Source of the DNA: an uncultured Bacillota bacterium
GTDB taxonomy: Bacteria > Bacillota_I > Bacilli_A > ML615J-28 > CAG-313
Assembly (NCBI GenBank): GCA_946611195.1
Contig: CAMODB010000001.1
Coordinates: 33,122 to 97,121 of the forward strand
DNA length: 64,000 nucleotides
Direction: 5' to 3'
Below, in pieces: positions 21,166 through 31,948 of the stretch. The notes under the pieces were generated by a model. It was not told where the DNA came from. It searched no databases and saw only the letters and a list, made by a program, of their open reading frames with translations. How positions within the stretch are numbered: the first letter of the stretch is position 1; each line of letters opens with the position of its first letter. The translations under genes and the position numbers were made by a program.

Positions 21166-23253
21166 CTATTTTGCGCGCGCTTTAATAATAGCGTCTGCAA
21201 CGTTACGAGGACATTCCTCATAATGGTCGAATTGCATAATGAATACAGCACGACCTTGTGTATTAGAACGTAAAGCTGTTGCGTAACCAAACATTTCTGC
21301 TAGTGGAACATAAGCTTTAACAAGTTGAGCTTTACCATGAGCTTCTTGACCATCAATTCTACCACGACGTGTAGAAATATCACCAATTACTGCACCTAAA
21401 TATTCATCTGGAGTTGTAATATCAACTACCATGATTGGTTCAAGTAATACTGGATTACATACTTTAGCACATTCTTTGAATGCTAAGCTACCAGCAATTT
21501 CAAAAGCTGTTGTTGATGAGTCAACATCATGATAAGAACCGAATACTAATCTTGCTTTAATATCAATAGTTGGATATCCAGCAAGGTTACCATTATCTAG
21601 AGCGTTCTTAATACCTTTATCAACGGATGGAATAAATTCACGAGGGATAACACCACCGACAATTTCATCCACGAATTCATAACCCTTACCTGGGTTAGGT
21701 TCAAAAATAACTACAGCGTCACCATATTGACCATGACCACCTGATTGACGTACGAACTTACCTTGAACTTTACCTTCAGATTTGATAGTTTCACGATAAG
21801 CAACTTGTGGACGACCAACGTTACATTCAACATTGAATTCACGTCTCATTCTATCAACGATGATATCAAGGTGTAATTCACCCATACCAGCGATAATAGT
21901 TTGACCACTTTCTTCATCAGTATAAGCTTTAAATGTTGGGTCTTCTTCAGCTAATTTTTGAAGAGCAACACCCATTTTATCTTGGTCACCCTTAGTCTTA
22001 GGTTCAATAGCAACTTGGATAACTGGTTCTGGGAATACCATTGATTCAAGATGTACAACATGATCTTCATCACATAGAGTATCACCAGTAGTAGTATTTT
22101 TTAAACCTACAGCAGCACAAATATCACCGGAGAAAATTTCTTTAATTTCGGAACGGTTATTGGCATGCATTAATAATAAACGACCAACTCTTTCTTTATA
22201 GTCCTTAGTAGCATTAAGTACATAAGAACCTGCATCTAGATGTCCACGGTAAACACGGATAAATGTTAATTTACCAACGAATGGGTCAGTCATTACTTTG
22301 AAAGCTAAAGCAGCGAATGGTTCGTCATCAACACTGTTAACAACGATTTGGTTACCATCTTCATCAGTACCTTTAATTTGAGCAACTTCTACTGGAGAAG
22401 GTAAGTAATCAATAACTGCATCAAGTGCTTTTTTAACACCTTTATTTTTAAAGGCAGTACCACAAAGTACAGGGAAGAATTTAACAGATAGAGTAGCTGT
22501 ACGAATAGCTTTTCTTAATTGGTCAACACTGATTTCTTCACCATCAAGATAAGCCATCATTAATTCTTCATCAAAATCAGCAACAGCTTCGATTAATTCA
22601 GCTCTCTTTTCTTCACATAAATCTCTTAAATCAGCAGGGATTTCAATTTCATGACCAGCTTCATCTTGATGATTTGGTTCATATTCGAAAGCTGTCATTG
22701 TAACTAAGTCAACGATACCTCTGAAATCATCTTCAGCACCAATTGGCCATTCAATAGCATGGGCATTAGCACCTAAACGATCATGTAAAGTCTTAACTGA
22801 ATAATCAAAGTCAGCACCAGTTTTATCCATTTTATTAACGAATACTAAACGAGGTACTAAATAATCTGTAGCTTGACGCCATACAGTTTCGGTTTGTGGT
22901 TCAACACCGGCTTGAGCATCTAGAACTGTAATAGCACCATCTAGTACTCTTAATGAACGTTGTACTTCAACAGTAAAGTCTACGTGTCCTGGAGTATCGA
23001 TAACGTTAATACGATGTCTAACATTATCGCGTGAATTCCAATAAACTGTTGTAGCAGCTGAAGTAATTGTGATACCTCTTTCTTGTTCTTGTTCCATCCA
23101 GTCCATTTGGCTAGCACCATCATGAGTTTCCCCAATCTTATGAATCTTACCGGAGTGGAATAATACTCTTTCTGTAAAAGTAGTTTTACCAGCATCGATA
23201 TGAGCCATGATACCGATATTTCTTGTATTTAATAAAGATACTTCACGAGCCAT
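21166..23253 (-). CDS. fusA: elongation factor G
   Basis: [14 protein letters not shown]; 695 aa; located between rpsG and tuf. Confidence 0.99.
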   Translation of the reverse strand: MAREVSLLNTRNIGIMAHIDAGKTTFTERVLFHSGKIHKIGETHDGASQMDWMEQEQERGITITSAATTVYWNSRDNVRHRINVIDTPGHVDFTVEVQRSLRVLDGAITVLDAQAGVEPQTETVWRQATDYLVPRLVFVNKMDKTGADFDYSVKTLHDRLGANAHAIEWPIGAEDDFRGIVDLVTMTAFEYEPNHQDEAGHEIEIPADLRDLCEEKRAELIEAVADFDEELMMAYLDGEEISVDQLRKAIRTATLSVKFFPVLCGTAFKNKGVKKALDAVIDYLPSPVEVAQIKGTDEDGNQIVVNSVDDEPFAALAFKVMTDPFVGKLTFIRVYRGHLDAGSYVLNATKDYKERVGRLLLMHANNRSEIKEIFSGDICAAVGLKNTTTGDTLCDEDHVVHLESMVFPEPVIQVAIEPKTKGDQDKMGVALQKLAEEDPTFKAYTDEESGQTIIAGMGELHLDIIVDRMRREFNVECNVGRPQVAYRETIKSEGKVQGKFVRQSGGHGQYGDAVVIFEPNPGKGYEFVDEIVGGVIPREFIPSVDKGIKNALDNGNLAGYPTIDIKARLVFGSYHDVDSSTTAFEIAGSLAFKECAKVCNPVLLEPIMVVDITTPDEYLGAVIGDISTRRGRIDGQEAHGKAQLVKAYVPLAEMFGYATALRSNTQGRAVFIMQFDHYEECPRNVADAIIKARAK

Positions 23254-23265
23254 TTTATTCTCCTA

Positions 23266-23736
23266 TTACCATTGGTAGTGAGCAAATGCTTTGTTTGCTT
23301 CAGCCATACGATGTGTGTCTTCTCTCTTCTTTACAGCGCCACCCACACCATTAGCGGCATCCATAATTTCTTTTGCAAGTCTTTCTTCCATTGTCTTTTC
23401 ATTACGAAGACGTGCATAATTAGTTAACCATCTTAAACCAAGTGTTGATCTTCTTTCTTCTCTTACTTCAACTGGAACTTGGTAGTTAGCACCACCAACA
23501 CGACGGCTTCTAACTTCTAATTGTGGCATAATATTATTCATTGCTTCTTTATATACATCTAGTGGATCTTTACCAGTTGTTTTCGCAATACGTTCAAAAG
23601 CACCATAGATGATTTGTTGTGCAACATTCTTTTTACCATCCAACATAACACTATTAATAAGTCTTGTTACTAAAACTGAATTATAAATTGGATCAGGTAA
23701 TACTTGTCTTTTAGAGACATGTCCTTTACGAGGCAT
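23266..23736 (-). CDS. rpsG: 30S ribosomal protein S7
   Basis: 156 aa, MPRKG...; canonical str-operon position. Confidence 0.97.
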   Translation of the reverse strand: MPRKGHVSKRQVLPDPIYNSVLVTRLINSVMLDGKKNVAQQIIYGAFERIAKTTGKDPLDVYKEAMNNIMPQLEVRSRRVGGANYQVPVEVREERRSTLGLRWLTNYARLRNEKTMEERLAKEIMDAANGVGGAVKKREDTHRMAEANKAFAHYQW

Positions 23737-23798
23737 GTAGATTCCTCCTTTCTATAATTTCACTAATGAAATCTTACTACCTAGTAGATTATATTTTA

Positions 23799-24221
23799 TT
23801 ATTTTTTAGCGGCTTTTGGACGTTTAGCACCATATTTAGAACGTGCTTGTTTACGACCATCAACACCTGTTGTATCCATGGTTCCACGGATAATGTGATA
23901 ACGTACACCTGGTAAGTCCTTAACACGACCACCACGGATTAATACGACGCTGTGTTCTTGTAATTTATGGCCTTCACCTGGAATGTAAGCAGTAACTTCA
24001 ATACCATTACTTAATCTTACACGGGCCATCTTACGAATAGCAGAATTTGGTTTCTTTGGTGTCATTGTAGTAACACGGGTACAAACACCTTTCTTTTGTG
24101 GTGAATGAACTTCAGTTTCTTCTTTCTTTAAACTGTTAAAACCAATTCCTAGATGAGGTGATTTAGATTTCTTAACCTTATCTACACGGCTTTTACGTAC
24201 TAATTGGTTAATTGTAGGCAT
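23799..24221 (-). CDS. rpsL: 30S ribosomal protein S12
   Basis: [10 protein letters not shown]...PKKPNSALRK; 140 aa. Confidence 0.98.
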   Translation of the reverse strand: MPTINQLVRKSRVDKVKKSKSPHLGIGFNSLKKEETEVHSPQKKGVCTRVTTMTPKKPNSAIRKMARVRLSNGIEVTAYIPGEGHKLQEHSVVLIRGGRVKDLPGVRYHIIRGTMDTTGVDGRKQARSKYGAKRPKAAKK

Positions 24222-24344
24222 ATTATATCTCCTTTCATATAATTAACAAATTAATAATAATTTAGTGGTATAGTTTCCACAGAACCAAGCGGTTCAAATG
24301 GTCCCAAAAATTAGTTTTGGCATTGCCAAAACTTAACCTTGAGT

Positions 24345-24373
24345 ATTATATCAAAAAGTAAACAACTTTACAA
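24345..24373 (-). promoter_or_regulatory. sigma-A-type promoter of rpsL-rpsG-fusA-tuf (TTGTAA - 17 nt - TATAAT)
   Basis: On the minus strand the -35 TTGTAA is the RC of 24368-24373, the spacer is 17 nt, and the -10 TATAAT is the RC of 24345-24350. It lies about 125 nt upstream of the rpsL ATG. Confidence 0.7.
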
Positions 24374-24422
24374 ATATAATGCTTATTATTTTACGTTCTT
24401 TAGAATTAGAAAAATATTCTTA

Positions 24423-25925
24423 TCACAAATTATAAATAAGAGAAAATTTATTTTTCAAATATTCAACATAATATTTAGGATTAAATTTTTCTCCTGTAGC
24501 CTTAATTAAAATTTCTTCTGGAGTTTTAAGACCCCCATATTGATGAACTTTTTCTTTAAGCCATGCATTAACTTTCTTTAAATTTGGTTCATTAAAGACT
24601 TCTTTAACATCCATTTCATTTTTCATTTGGTGATATAATTGTGCTCCATAAGCACTACCTAACGCATAAGTAGGGAAATAACCAAAATCACCACCAGCCC
24701 AATGAACATCTTGTAAAATACCTAATGTATCATTGGGAATGTCAAGACCTAAATATTCTTTATAAAGTTTATTCCACATCTTTGGATAATCATTTACATC
24801 AAGATGCCCTTCAATCATCATCTTTTCCATTTCATACCTAACCATAATATGTAAGCTATAAGTTAATTCATCAGCTTCGGTTCTAATTAAAGAACATTCA
24901 ACAAAATTTATGTAATGATAGAAATCATCTAAAGTAACATCCTTTAATTGATCAAAAAATAATGATTGTAATTTTGGATAATGACGAGCCCAGAATTCTT
25001 TTGTTCTTGCGACAATATTTTCATAGAATCTCGATTGCGATTCATGCATTGCCATAGTTGTGCCACCTTGAAGGAAAGTGAAATTAAGTTTTTCCGCATT
25101 TCCTCTTTCATATGTGGCATGACCCAATTCATGGATAGCAGAAAAAATCGAAGATATTAATAAATTAGAATAATAATGATTAGTAACACGTACATCATGA
25201 GTTCCGAAGCCTGATGTAAAAGGATGTTCACTTTCTTTCATCAAACCATAATTTTTATCAAAACACATAACATCCATTAAATAATCACAAAATTCTTTTT
25301 GTTTATTTATATCAAATTCTTGATTAGCCCATTCTGGTTTTTTTATCTTTAAAGCATTAATCTTTTTAACTAAAGGAACAATTTCTTGTTTTAGTAAAGA
25401 AAAGAATTCATCATATTTTTCTTTAGTCATTCCTTCTTCAAATTCATTAAGTAAAACATCATAACCTTTAAGTTTATCAGTTTCTAAATATTTACTATAA
25501 CGAATATTAAAATCAACGATTTGTTTTAAAGTAGGCGCAAAGGAAGCATAATCATTATTTAATTTTGCTTCACTCCAAATTTGACTAGCTTTTGATAATA
25601 CCTTAGTATAAGCTATTAATTCCTCTTTTGGTACTTTAAGAGATTTAACTAAATCTTTATAAACTTTCTTGATTTCAATTTTTAAATCTTCATCTAATAA
25701 TTCTAGATTATTATATAGTTCAGTAACGGTATTAATATAACCTTTACTACGCGTAATTTTAAGTTCTAATTTAGTAAGTCTTGATTCAAGAACACTTCTA
25801 TCATCAAAGGATCCAGCTTTTGCTTCGGTATCAGAATCCCAGTTGATTAAATAAGAAGCAAAATTAAAAGCTAGAATATCAAGACGATAGTCCTTATATC
25901 TAGCTATTAGTTTTTCTAAATTCAT
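24423..25925 (-). CDS. M32 carboxypeptidase (Taq-type metallocarboxypeptidase)
   Basis: HELGHATYE (HExxH), HESQSRFYEN, IRTEADELTY, GILQDVHWAGGDFGYFPTYALG and EHPFTSGF are the M32 family signature blocks. 500 aa. Confidence 0.85.
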   Translation of the reverse strand: MNLEKLIARYKDYRLDILAFNFASYLINWDSDTEAKAGSFDDRSVLESRLTKLELKITRSKGYINTVTELYNNLELLDEDLKIEIKKVYKDLVKSLKVPKEELIAYTKVLSKASQIWSEAKLNNDYASFAPTLKQIVDFNIRYSKYLETDKLKGYDVLLNEFEEGMTKEKYDEFFSLLKQEIVPLVKKINALKIKKPEWANQEFDINKQKEFCDYLMDVMCFDKNYGLMKESEHPFTSGFGTHDVRVTNHYYSNLLISSIFSAIHELGHATYERGNAEKLNFTFLQGGTTMAMHESQSRFYENIVARTKEFWARHYPKLQSLFFDQLKDVTLDDFYHYINFVECSLIRTEADELTYSLHIMVRYEMEKMMIEGHLDVNDYPKMWNKLYKEYLGLDIPNDTLGILQDVHWAGGDFGYFPTYALGSAYGAQLYHQMKNEMDVKEVFNEPNLKKVNAWLKEKVHQYGGLKTPEEILIKATGEKFNPKYYVEYLKNKFSLIYNL

Positions 25926-25928
25926 TTA

Positions 25929-26189
25929 TTAATGTACAATTACATGAACTTTATTGTTCATGATTTCTTCTAAAGCGATACCGATAGCTTTATAATTTCT
26001 TGTGTATTGTAAATAAGTTTTACCAGTTCTTTTAATTTCTTTTGCTCTTTCCGCAACCGCAATAACTAGACTATATTTAGAATCTGCTTTATCACTTAAT
26101 TCATCAATTGCTGGATAACGCATACCTTCACGATCATTAGAACCAATTTTTAATTGACTATTGATCATTAACCCTTGTACTTTTGTCAT
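25929..26189 (-). CDS. rpoZ: RNA polymerase omega subunit
   Basis: YPAIDELSDKADSKYSLVIAVAERAKEI is the omega core. GGAGG lies 7 nt upstream of ATG 26189 on the minus strand. The gene sits directly downstream of gmk, the conserved gmk-rpoZ arrangement. Confidence 0.85.
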   Translation of the reverse strand: MTKVQGLMINSQLKIGSNDREGMRYPAIDELSDKADSKYSLVIAVAERAKEIKRTGKTYLQYTRNYKAIGIALEEIMNNKVHVIVH

Positions 26190-26191
26190 TT

Positions 26192-26809
26192 CTATTCCTC
26201 CATTAATTTTAAATATTGGTCAATTGTTCTTTCTGTTTTCGCATGTTCTGCTCTGATGATAGCCATAATACGATCAGCCGCATTATCAACCTCATCATTT
26301 ATGACGATATAATCATATTGATTAGCAAGTTTAATTTCTGTATGAGCTTTTTCAATTCTTTCTTTGATAGCATCGCTATGTTCTGTACCACGCGCAATAA
26401 GACGTTTTTCAAGCGCATCATAGGTTGGTGGCGCAATAAAAATAAAGACTGCATCTGGCATTTTCTTTTTAATTTGACTAGCTCCATTTACTTCGATTTC
26501 AAGGACTACTTCATGACCTTGATTAAGTTGTTCTAAAACTTTATCTTTTGGTGTTCCATAATAATTGCCGACAAATTGAGCATATTCTAGGAATTGATCA
26601 TTCTTAATTCTTTCTTCAAATTCTTCACGTGAAACGAAATAATAATCTTCGCCATCAACTTCACCACTACGTGGTTTACGTGTGGTCATCGAAATAGAAT
26701 ATACTAAATCATGGTCACTTCTTTGAAAAAGAGCTTTTCTTACAGTTCCTTTTCCTACACCAGATGGTCCGGATATTACAATTAATAAACCTTGCTTATC
26801 TAATTTCAT
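26192..26809 (-). CDS. gmk: guanylate kinase
   Basis: ISGPSGVGKGTV P-loop, 205 aa, upstream of rpoZ. Confidence 0.95.
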   Translation of the reverse strand: MKLDKQGLLIVISGPSGVGKGTVRKALFQRSDHDLVYSISMTTRKPRSGEVDGEDYYFVSREEFEERIKNDQFLEYAQFVGNYYGTPKDKVLEQLNQGHEVVLEIEVNGASQIKKKMPDAVFIFIAPPTYDALEKRLIARGTEHSDAIKERIEKAHTEIKLANQYDYIVINDEVDNAADRIMAIIRAEHAKTERTIDQYLKLMEE

Positions 26810-26890
26810 TCATTTTACCCCAGTTTTTCTTTATTATATCATATTTTAACAATTCAAATCAAGAAATAAAAATTATAAAAACGTTATCAT

Positions 26891-26919
26891 TTAACAATTC
26901 AATCTTTATTTGGTATAAT
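26891..26919 (+). promoter_or_regulatory. rqcH promoter (TTAACA - 17 nt - TGgTATAAT)
   Basis: -35 TTAACA at 26891-26896; extended -10 TGGTATAAT at 26911-26919; the RBS AAGGAGG lies 7 nt before ATG 26944. A 13-nt direct repeat TTTAACAATTCAA occurs at 26845-26857 and again at 26888-26900. Confidence 0.55.
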
Positions 26920-26943
26920 AAGTATGGTAAGGAGGTAATCATT

Positions 26944-28548
26944 ATGCCTTTAGATGGTTGTTTTATCCATTATTTAGTTGATGAATTAAGGGATGAATTA
27001 ATCAATAGTCGTATCAATAAAATCACTTGTCCAAACCCTAGTGATTTGATAATGCAGTTAAAAGTTAAAGTTAATAATCAATATAAAAATAAAGATCTTT
27101 TTATTTCTGCTCGGCTTGATGCGCCAATCATTTATTTAACTAATGAAAAATTTGTCAATCCAACCACCCCTACTAATTTTTGTATGGTCTTAAGAAAATA
27201 TTTAGAACATGGCTTAATTAAAGACATTAAACAAAAAGATAATGACCGCCTAATTATCATAAATATTTTGGCAAGAACCGAATTAGATGATGACCTAAAT
27301 CTTAATTTAATCATTGAACTTATGGGTAGAAACAGTAACATTATCCTTACAAAAGAGGATTTTATTATAATAGATGCTATGCGAAAACTTCCGCCTTCTA
27401 CTACTAATTCTCGTCTCATTTTACCTAAAGCTTTTTATGAATTTAAAGAGAGTGATAAGAAGAAAAATCCTTTTGTTGATTCTTTTATTTCCTTAAATGA
27501 ACTCCAAGGTTTATCAAAGACTTTAATTGAAGCGTTAAATAATAAAAGTGCTAAGGAAATAAGAAATTATCTAAATCAAAAAATTGATCCTGTGATTTAT
27601 CAAAAGGGAGAAAAACAAGATTTTTATGCTTATCCAATTGATTCTAATGACCACATAATTGAAAGATTTGATACCTTATCAAGTCTCTTATATACTTATT
27701 ATCATTTGACTAAAAAGAATGATAGCAGTCAAAAAATTGAATTAGAAAAAGTCTTAAAAAAAGAAATTAAGAAATTAAATACCAAAAAAAATAATCTTTG
27801 TTTAGATCTTGATAAAGCTAAAGATAATCTTAAATATAATGATTTAGGAATTTTATTACAAACCAATTTATATAAGGTTAAAAAAGGTGATTCTTTTATT
27901 ATTGTTAATGATTTTTATCATGATAATAAAGAAATTAAACTCCTTTTAAATCCTTTACTTGATCCTAAACAAAATCTTAATCATTATTTTACTTTAGCCA
28001 AAAAAGCGAAAAAAACTTTGGTTGAAGCTGATAAACAATTAAATCTTGTCAATGAAGATTTAGATTATTTTGAGGAATTATTATTTCAAATTGAACAATG
28101 CAGTAACGAAGAAATCGAAGAAATTAGATTAGAATTAACTAATAATGGCTTTCTTAAAAATAAAAATAAAGGTAAAGAAAGAAAAATCAAAATTAAAATT
28201 TCTTCTTTTGTAGTTGATGATTGTATAATTTATTATGGTAAAAATAATTTACAAAACAGTGAAGTAACCCATAAATTATCTAGTAGTAATGATTATTGGT
28301 TTCACGTTAAAGATATACCAGGTTCCCACGTTTTAGTTAAAGTACCTGCTAATGATAAAGATTATGTTTTAAGTGAAAAAGTAATAAGGTTTGCGGCTAA
28401 CATCGCAGCTAAATATTCGAAAGCCGCAAAATCTTCTTCTGTTCCTGTTGATTATACAAAAATTAGATATGTTAAAAAGATTCCCAAAGATAAAGGTAGT
28501 CATGTAACATATACTAATCAAAAAACTATTTATATTGACCCTGAATAA
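26944..28548 (+). CDS. rqcH: RqcH/FbpA (NFACT-family ribosome quality control protein; fibronectin-binding protein A homolog)
   Basis: MPLDGCFIHYLVDELRDEL is the NFACT-N start (compare B. subtilis YloA MSFDGMF...). There is a coiled-coil middle and a C-terminal NFACT-R region (DIPGSHVLVK). The listed ORF start 26764 overlaps gmk; the real start is 26944, which has a strong SD. Confidence 0.85.
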   Translation: MPLDGCFIHYLVDELRDELINSRINKITCPNPSDLIMQLKVKVNNQYKNKDLFISARLDAPIIYLTNEKFVNPTTPTNFCMVLRKYLEHGLIKDIKQKDNDRLIIINILARTELDDDLNLNLIIELMGRNSNIILTKEDFIIIDAMRKLPPSTTNSRLILPKAFYEFKESDKKKNPFVDSFISLNELQGLSKTLIEALNNKSAKEIRNYLNQKIDPVIYQKGEKQDFYAYPIDSNDHIIERFDTLSSLLYTYYHLTKKNDSSQKIELEKVLKKEIKKLNTKKNNLCLDLDKAKDNLKYNDLGILLQTNLYKVKKGDSFIIVNDFYHDNKEIKLLLNPLLDPKQNLNHYFTLAKKAKKTLVEADKQLNLVNEDLDYFEELLFQIEQCSNEEIEEIRLELTNNGFLKNKNKGKERKIKIKISSFVVDDCIIYYGKNNLQNSEVTHKLSSSNDYWFHVKDIPGSHVLVKVPANDKDYVLSEKVIRFAANIAAKYSKAAKSSSVPVDYTKIRYVKKIPKDKGSHVTYTNQKTIYIDPE

Positions 28549-28551
28549 AAA

Positions 28552-28577
28552 CATCCCGTTTTTTAATAAAACGGGAT
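28552..28577. terminator. bidirectional terminator between convergent rqcH and nth
   Basis: CATCCCGTTTT and AAAACGGGAT form a 10-11-bp stem around a TTAAT loop. U/A tracts on both sides supply U-runs for both orientations. Confidence 0.7.
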
Positions 28578-29201
28578 TTATTTATTATATGTACAATTTG
28601 TTTTAAAAGGACATTCTTCACATCGAGGTTTTTTTGCTGTACAAAAATAGCGGCCAAAGAAAATAAATAAATGATGCGTATGATGCCATAAAGATTCATC
28701 AATTTGCTTTTTTAAATCAGTTTCTACTTTTATTACATCATTATTAATATCTGTTAAACCTAATCTTTTACTAACTCTTTCTACATGCGTATCCACAGCT
28801 AAAGCGGGAATTTTAAATCCTTCGGAAAGAATAACATTAGCTGTTTTTCTCCCTATTCCTGGTAAAGTAATTAAAGTATTAAAATCATTAGGAACTATAT
28901 TTTGATATTTATCAACCATAATTTTTGCTAAATTAATAATATTATGAGCCTTGCTTTTAGCTAGGCCGATAGTTTTAATTAAATTTATTACATCATTTTC
29001 GGAAGAAGCAGCTAAAGATGAAAAATCAGGATATTTATTAAATAATTGCGGAGTCACTTTATTAACAGCTTTATCGGTAGTTTGCGCACTCAATATTACC
29101 GCAATACATAATTCATATAAATTATGGTAAATAAGTTCACAACCAGCATCAGGAAACATCTGATCTAAAGTATTATAAATACTAAGAATTTTATTTTCCA
29201 T
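28578..29201 (-). CDS. nth: endonuclease III
   Basis: HhH-GPD (LPGIGRKTANVIL) and C-x6-C-x2-C-x5-C iron-sulfur cluster loop (CTAKKPRCEECPFKTNC); 207 aa. Confidence 0.92.
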   Translation of the reverse strand: MENKILSIYNTLDQMFPDAGCELIYHNLYELCIAVILSAQTTDKAVNKVTPQLFNKYPDFSSLAASSENDVINLIKTIGLAKSKAHNIINLAKIMVDKYQNIVPNDFNTLITLPGIGRKTANVILSEGFKIPALAVDTHVERVSKRLGLTDINNDVIKVETDLKKQIDESLWHHTHHLFIFFGRYFCTAKKPRCEECPFKTNCTYNK

Positions 29202-29790
29202 AAATTGAATTAATTAGATTCTTTAATTCTTCATCTTCGACTTCTTCATTATCAACTTTTTTAACTGAATTAAGAATCGCATCCGTATATTTTAAATTAG
29301 TAACACCCTTATTCATTGTCTTAAGAATAGCACTTTTAATCGTATCTAAATCATATTTTTCATCTAACCATTGATTAATTAAAACTAAATCGTTAGCGTT
29401 TAGATTACGATTAAAGGAAGCTTCGACAAAAGAAACAATTTGACCAGTAACATATTTTCTATCTTCTGGATTAATATCATCTTGTGCTAAGACTTCACCT
29501 AATTTATCCATTGTATGATCTAAACTAAAATCTTTTTCATAGATTTCTAAATAACCTAATTTTTCTAATTCTACTAATTTATTAGCTAAATTATCTTCAT
29601 CAAGACTCATTTCTTTAGAAATATTGGTAATTGATAATTCTTTTCTTTCATCCATTAAATAATATAATTTACAAAGAATCATCGCTTCTATTTCATTAAG
29701 TCCTATTTCACGATAATGTTTAATTAATTCTTCAATAAAAGAAATAGTTTTCGCTTTAATTAGTTTTCCTATTTTATTCATTTTCATCAC
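29191..29790 (-). CDS. dnaD: DnaD-domain replication initiation/membrane attachment protein
   Basis: Winged-helix N-domain plus C-terminal DnaD-like domain (YVTGQIVSFVEASFNRNLNANDLVLINQWLDE). It overlaps nth by 11 nt, matching the dnaD-nth arrangement of Bacillus. Confidence 0.65.
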   Translation of the reverse strand: MMKMNKIGKLIKAKTISFIEELIKHYREIGLNEIEAMILCKLYYLMDERKELSITNISKEMSLDEDNLANKLVELEKLGYLEIYEKDFSLDHTMDKLGEVLAQDDINPEDRKYVTGQIVSFVEASFNRNLNANDLVLINQWLDEKYDLDTIKSAILKTMNKGVTNLKYTDAILNSVKKVDNEEVEDEELKNLINSIYGK

Positions 29791-29908
29791 ACTTTTTATA
29801 CCTTTTTTTATCTTTCTTATTTTAACATATAAAAATAATAAAAATAATTATAATGCTTGAAAAATAAAAAATAATTTTATATAATTCTATTTTGATGGAA
29901 GTGATAAT

Positions 29909-30478
29909 ATGACAACAATTTGTATAATAAGACATGGTCAAACAGACTATAATAAAAATCATTTAATTCAAGGTAGAATGAATAACCCTTTAAACGAAAT
30001 TGGAATTGAACAAGCCCATAATGTAGCCAATATTTTAAAAGAATATGATTCTAATTGGGATTATATTATATCATCACCTCTTTTAAGAGCTATCGATACC
30101 GCAAAAATTATCAAAGATACTCTTAATTTTAAAGATGATATTATTATCAATAATGATGTAATTGAAAGAGAATTTGGTCAAGCCGAAGGTAAAGATATAA
30201 CTAGCGAAATCTATGATAAAATAAAAAAAGATGAAATCATCGGCATGGAAAAGACTCTTTCTTTACAGCATCGTTGTTTTGCTGCCATAATGAAAATTGC
30301 AAATGATTACAAGAATAAAAAAATTCTAATCGTTTCTCATTCTCATTTTATTAAAGGTTTCTTTACCTTTATTGATAAAAATATTACTTTTACTACTACC
30401 CTACCTAATACTGGTTTGAATTATATAATATTAGAAAATAATAAAATAATAAAAACCGCCTTTAATAAGAAATATTAA
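29909..30478 (+). CDS. histidine phosphatase (phosphoglycerate-mutase-like) family protein
   Basis: IIRHGQTDYNK RHG catalytic motif; 189 aa. Confidence 0.8.
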   Translation: MTTICIIRHGQTDYNKNHLIQGRMNNPLNEIGIEQAHNVANILKEYDSNWDYIISSPLLRAIDTAKIIKDTLNFKDDIIINNDVIEREFGQAEGKDITSEIYDKIKKDEIIGMEKTLSLQHRCFAAIMKIANDYKNKKILIVSHSHFIKGFFTFIDKNITFTTTLPNTGLNYIILENNKIIKTAFNKKY

Positions 30479-30479
30479 A

Positions 30480-30518
30480 AAGGAGATGTAAGATATTAAT
30501 AAATATCTTATATCTCCT
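30480..30518. terminator. bidirectional terminator (long imperfect hairpin)
   Basis: AGGAGATGTAAGATAT and ATATCTTATATCTCCT form a stem of about 16 bp with one mismatch, lying between two convergent genes. Confidence 0.55.
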
Positions 30519-31229
30519 TTATTTATTTAATAAATAATAAATTAGATAAATGATTATAAGGTGTAAAGGATAGAAAATATAAAAGAAATATTTTAATTTT
30601 AATTTTCCTCTTTCACCATTATAAAATAATAAGAATATTAAAGCTAAGAATGAATATTCCGCATAAATTCTTGGTTCAATGATTAATCTAAACCCGAGTA
30701 GCGTTGTAAGAACAATAAGTAAAAAGAATTTTTCATCATATATTTTTTTAGCTACATAGATTACAAAAGGAATAATCATTCCAAAGAAACCATAATTATC
30801 TTTAAAATATGGTAAATATAAATTTAAGAAATATAAACCTATAATTAAAATAATTAAAACAACATATATTAAATAACTTAAATATTTTTTATCATCTTTT
30901 ATTTTTAAAGACAAATCAAATAATCTAATCAAGGCTAAGGATATTAAAAAGATTCCAAAGATTGAAAAGCTTAAGCTTTGCATAGCAATATAATAGCCAA
31001 TCTGAACGACTAAGGCAAAAATAAAGAGAATTAAAAAATGTTTTAATTTATTCTTAGTATAAAAGCATCCTTCGGCAAACATATAAGCAAAAATAGGAAA
31101 AGCAATACGACCAATAATACGGAAAATTGCTATTTTAGGGAATATTAAGACACCAACATGATCAAAGACCATGGCAATAGCCGCAATGATTTTTAAAACA
31201 TTGTTGGATAAAAAATTTAATCTTTTCAT
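30519..31229 (-). CDS. TraX-family integral membrane protein
   Basis: The N-terminus LKIIAAIAMVFDHVG resembles the TraX family. The protein is polytopic, 236 aa. Confidence 0.45.
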   Translation of the reverse strand: MKRLNFLSNNVLKIIAAIAMVFDHVGVLIFPKIAIFRIIGRIAFPIFAYMFAEGCFYTKNKLKHFLILFIFALVVQIGYYIAMQSLSFSIFGIFLISLALIRLFDLSLKIKDDKKYLSYLIYVVLIILIIGLYFLNLYLPYFKDNYGFFGMIIPFVIYVAKKIYDEKFFLLIVLTTLLGFRLIIEPRIYAEYSFLALIFLLFYNGERGKLKLKYFFYIFYPLHLIIIYLIYYLLNK

Positions 31230-31939
31230 TATTTTCGAACTAATTTTTCTAAAGCATTTTTAGCAGCTAATTGGCCAGCTTCTTTTTTACTACGACCAAC
31301 ACCTTCACCCAAGGTGATACCATCATGCTTCACCGCTATCGTAAAGATTTTTTCATTTGGTCGTCCTTCTTGATTAATAACAACATAATCTAAAGGATTA
31401 CCATGATCAGCTTGAATAATTTCTTGCAATTTAGTCTTATAATCAATAAATTGTTCATTATCAATATTTTTAATATGCGGGAAAACAATTTCGGCTAAAA
31501 TCTTTTTGACATCATCTAAGCCACTATTTAAATAAACAGCGCCTAAAAAACATTCAAATAAATCCGCAATAACAGCTTTCTTTTCTCGGCCCCCACTTTG
31601 TTCTTCTCCCCGACCTAAAAGTAATAATTCATCGAGACCTAATTCTTTTGAATAAGAAAAATTGGCATCTTCACAAACATAAGTAGCTCTAAGCTTAGTC
31701 ATCTTACCTTCAGGTAATTTAGGAAAAGTATGATAGATATATTCAGCAGTTGTAAAATTAAGAATGGCGTCACCTAAGAATTCAATTCTTTCATTGGATT
31801 CTACTTTATATTCATTCGCATAAGTAGAATGAGAAAAAGCTAAAAGAAAATATTTTAATTCCTTTAATTTAATATCAAATCTTTTAAGAACTACTAATAA
31901 TTTATTCTTATTGAAGGTATTCTTTTGATTATTTGCCAT
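31229..31939 (-). CDS. rnc: ribonuclease III
   Basis: ERLEFLGDAIL RNase III signature and C-terminal dsRBD (GRSKKEAGQLAAKNALEKL). Confidence 0.95.
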   Translation of the reverse strand: MANNQKNTFNKNKLLVVLKRFDIKLKELKYFLLAFSHSTYANEYKVESNERIEFLGDAILNFTTAEYIYHTFPKLPEGKMTKLRATYVCEDANFSYSKELGLDELLLLGRGEEQSGGREKKAVIADLFECFLGAVYLNSGLDDVKKILAEIVFPHIKNIDNEQFIDYKTKLQEIIQADHGNPLDYVVINQEGRPNEKIFTIAVKHDGITLGEGVGRSKKEAGQLAAKNALEKLVRK

Positions 31940-31948
31940 AATATCACC

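Noticed and set aside
24240-24330. GGTTCAAATGG-containing stretch considered as a tRNA
   Set aside because: No acceptor stem, D-arm or T-loop arrangement can be built on either strand. The motif is GGTTCAAATGGTCCC rather than GGTTCGAATCC. The region is the 5' leader of rpsL.
26764-26943. Upstream extension of the rqcH ORF (track start 26764)
   Set aside because: It overlaps the gmk coding region and promoter region. A strong SD (AAGGAGG) and an extended -10 promoter support ATG 26944 as the real start.
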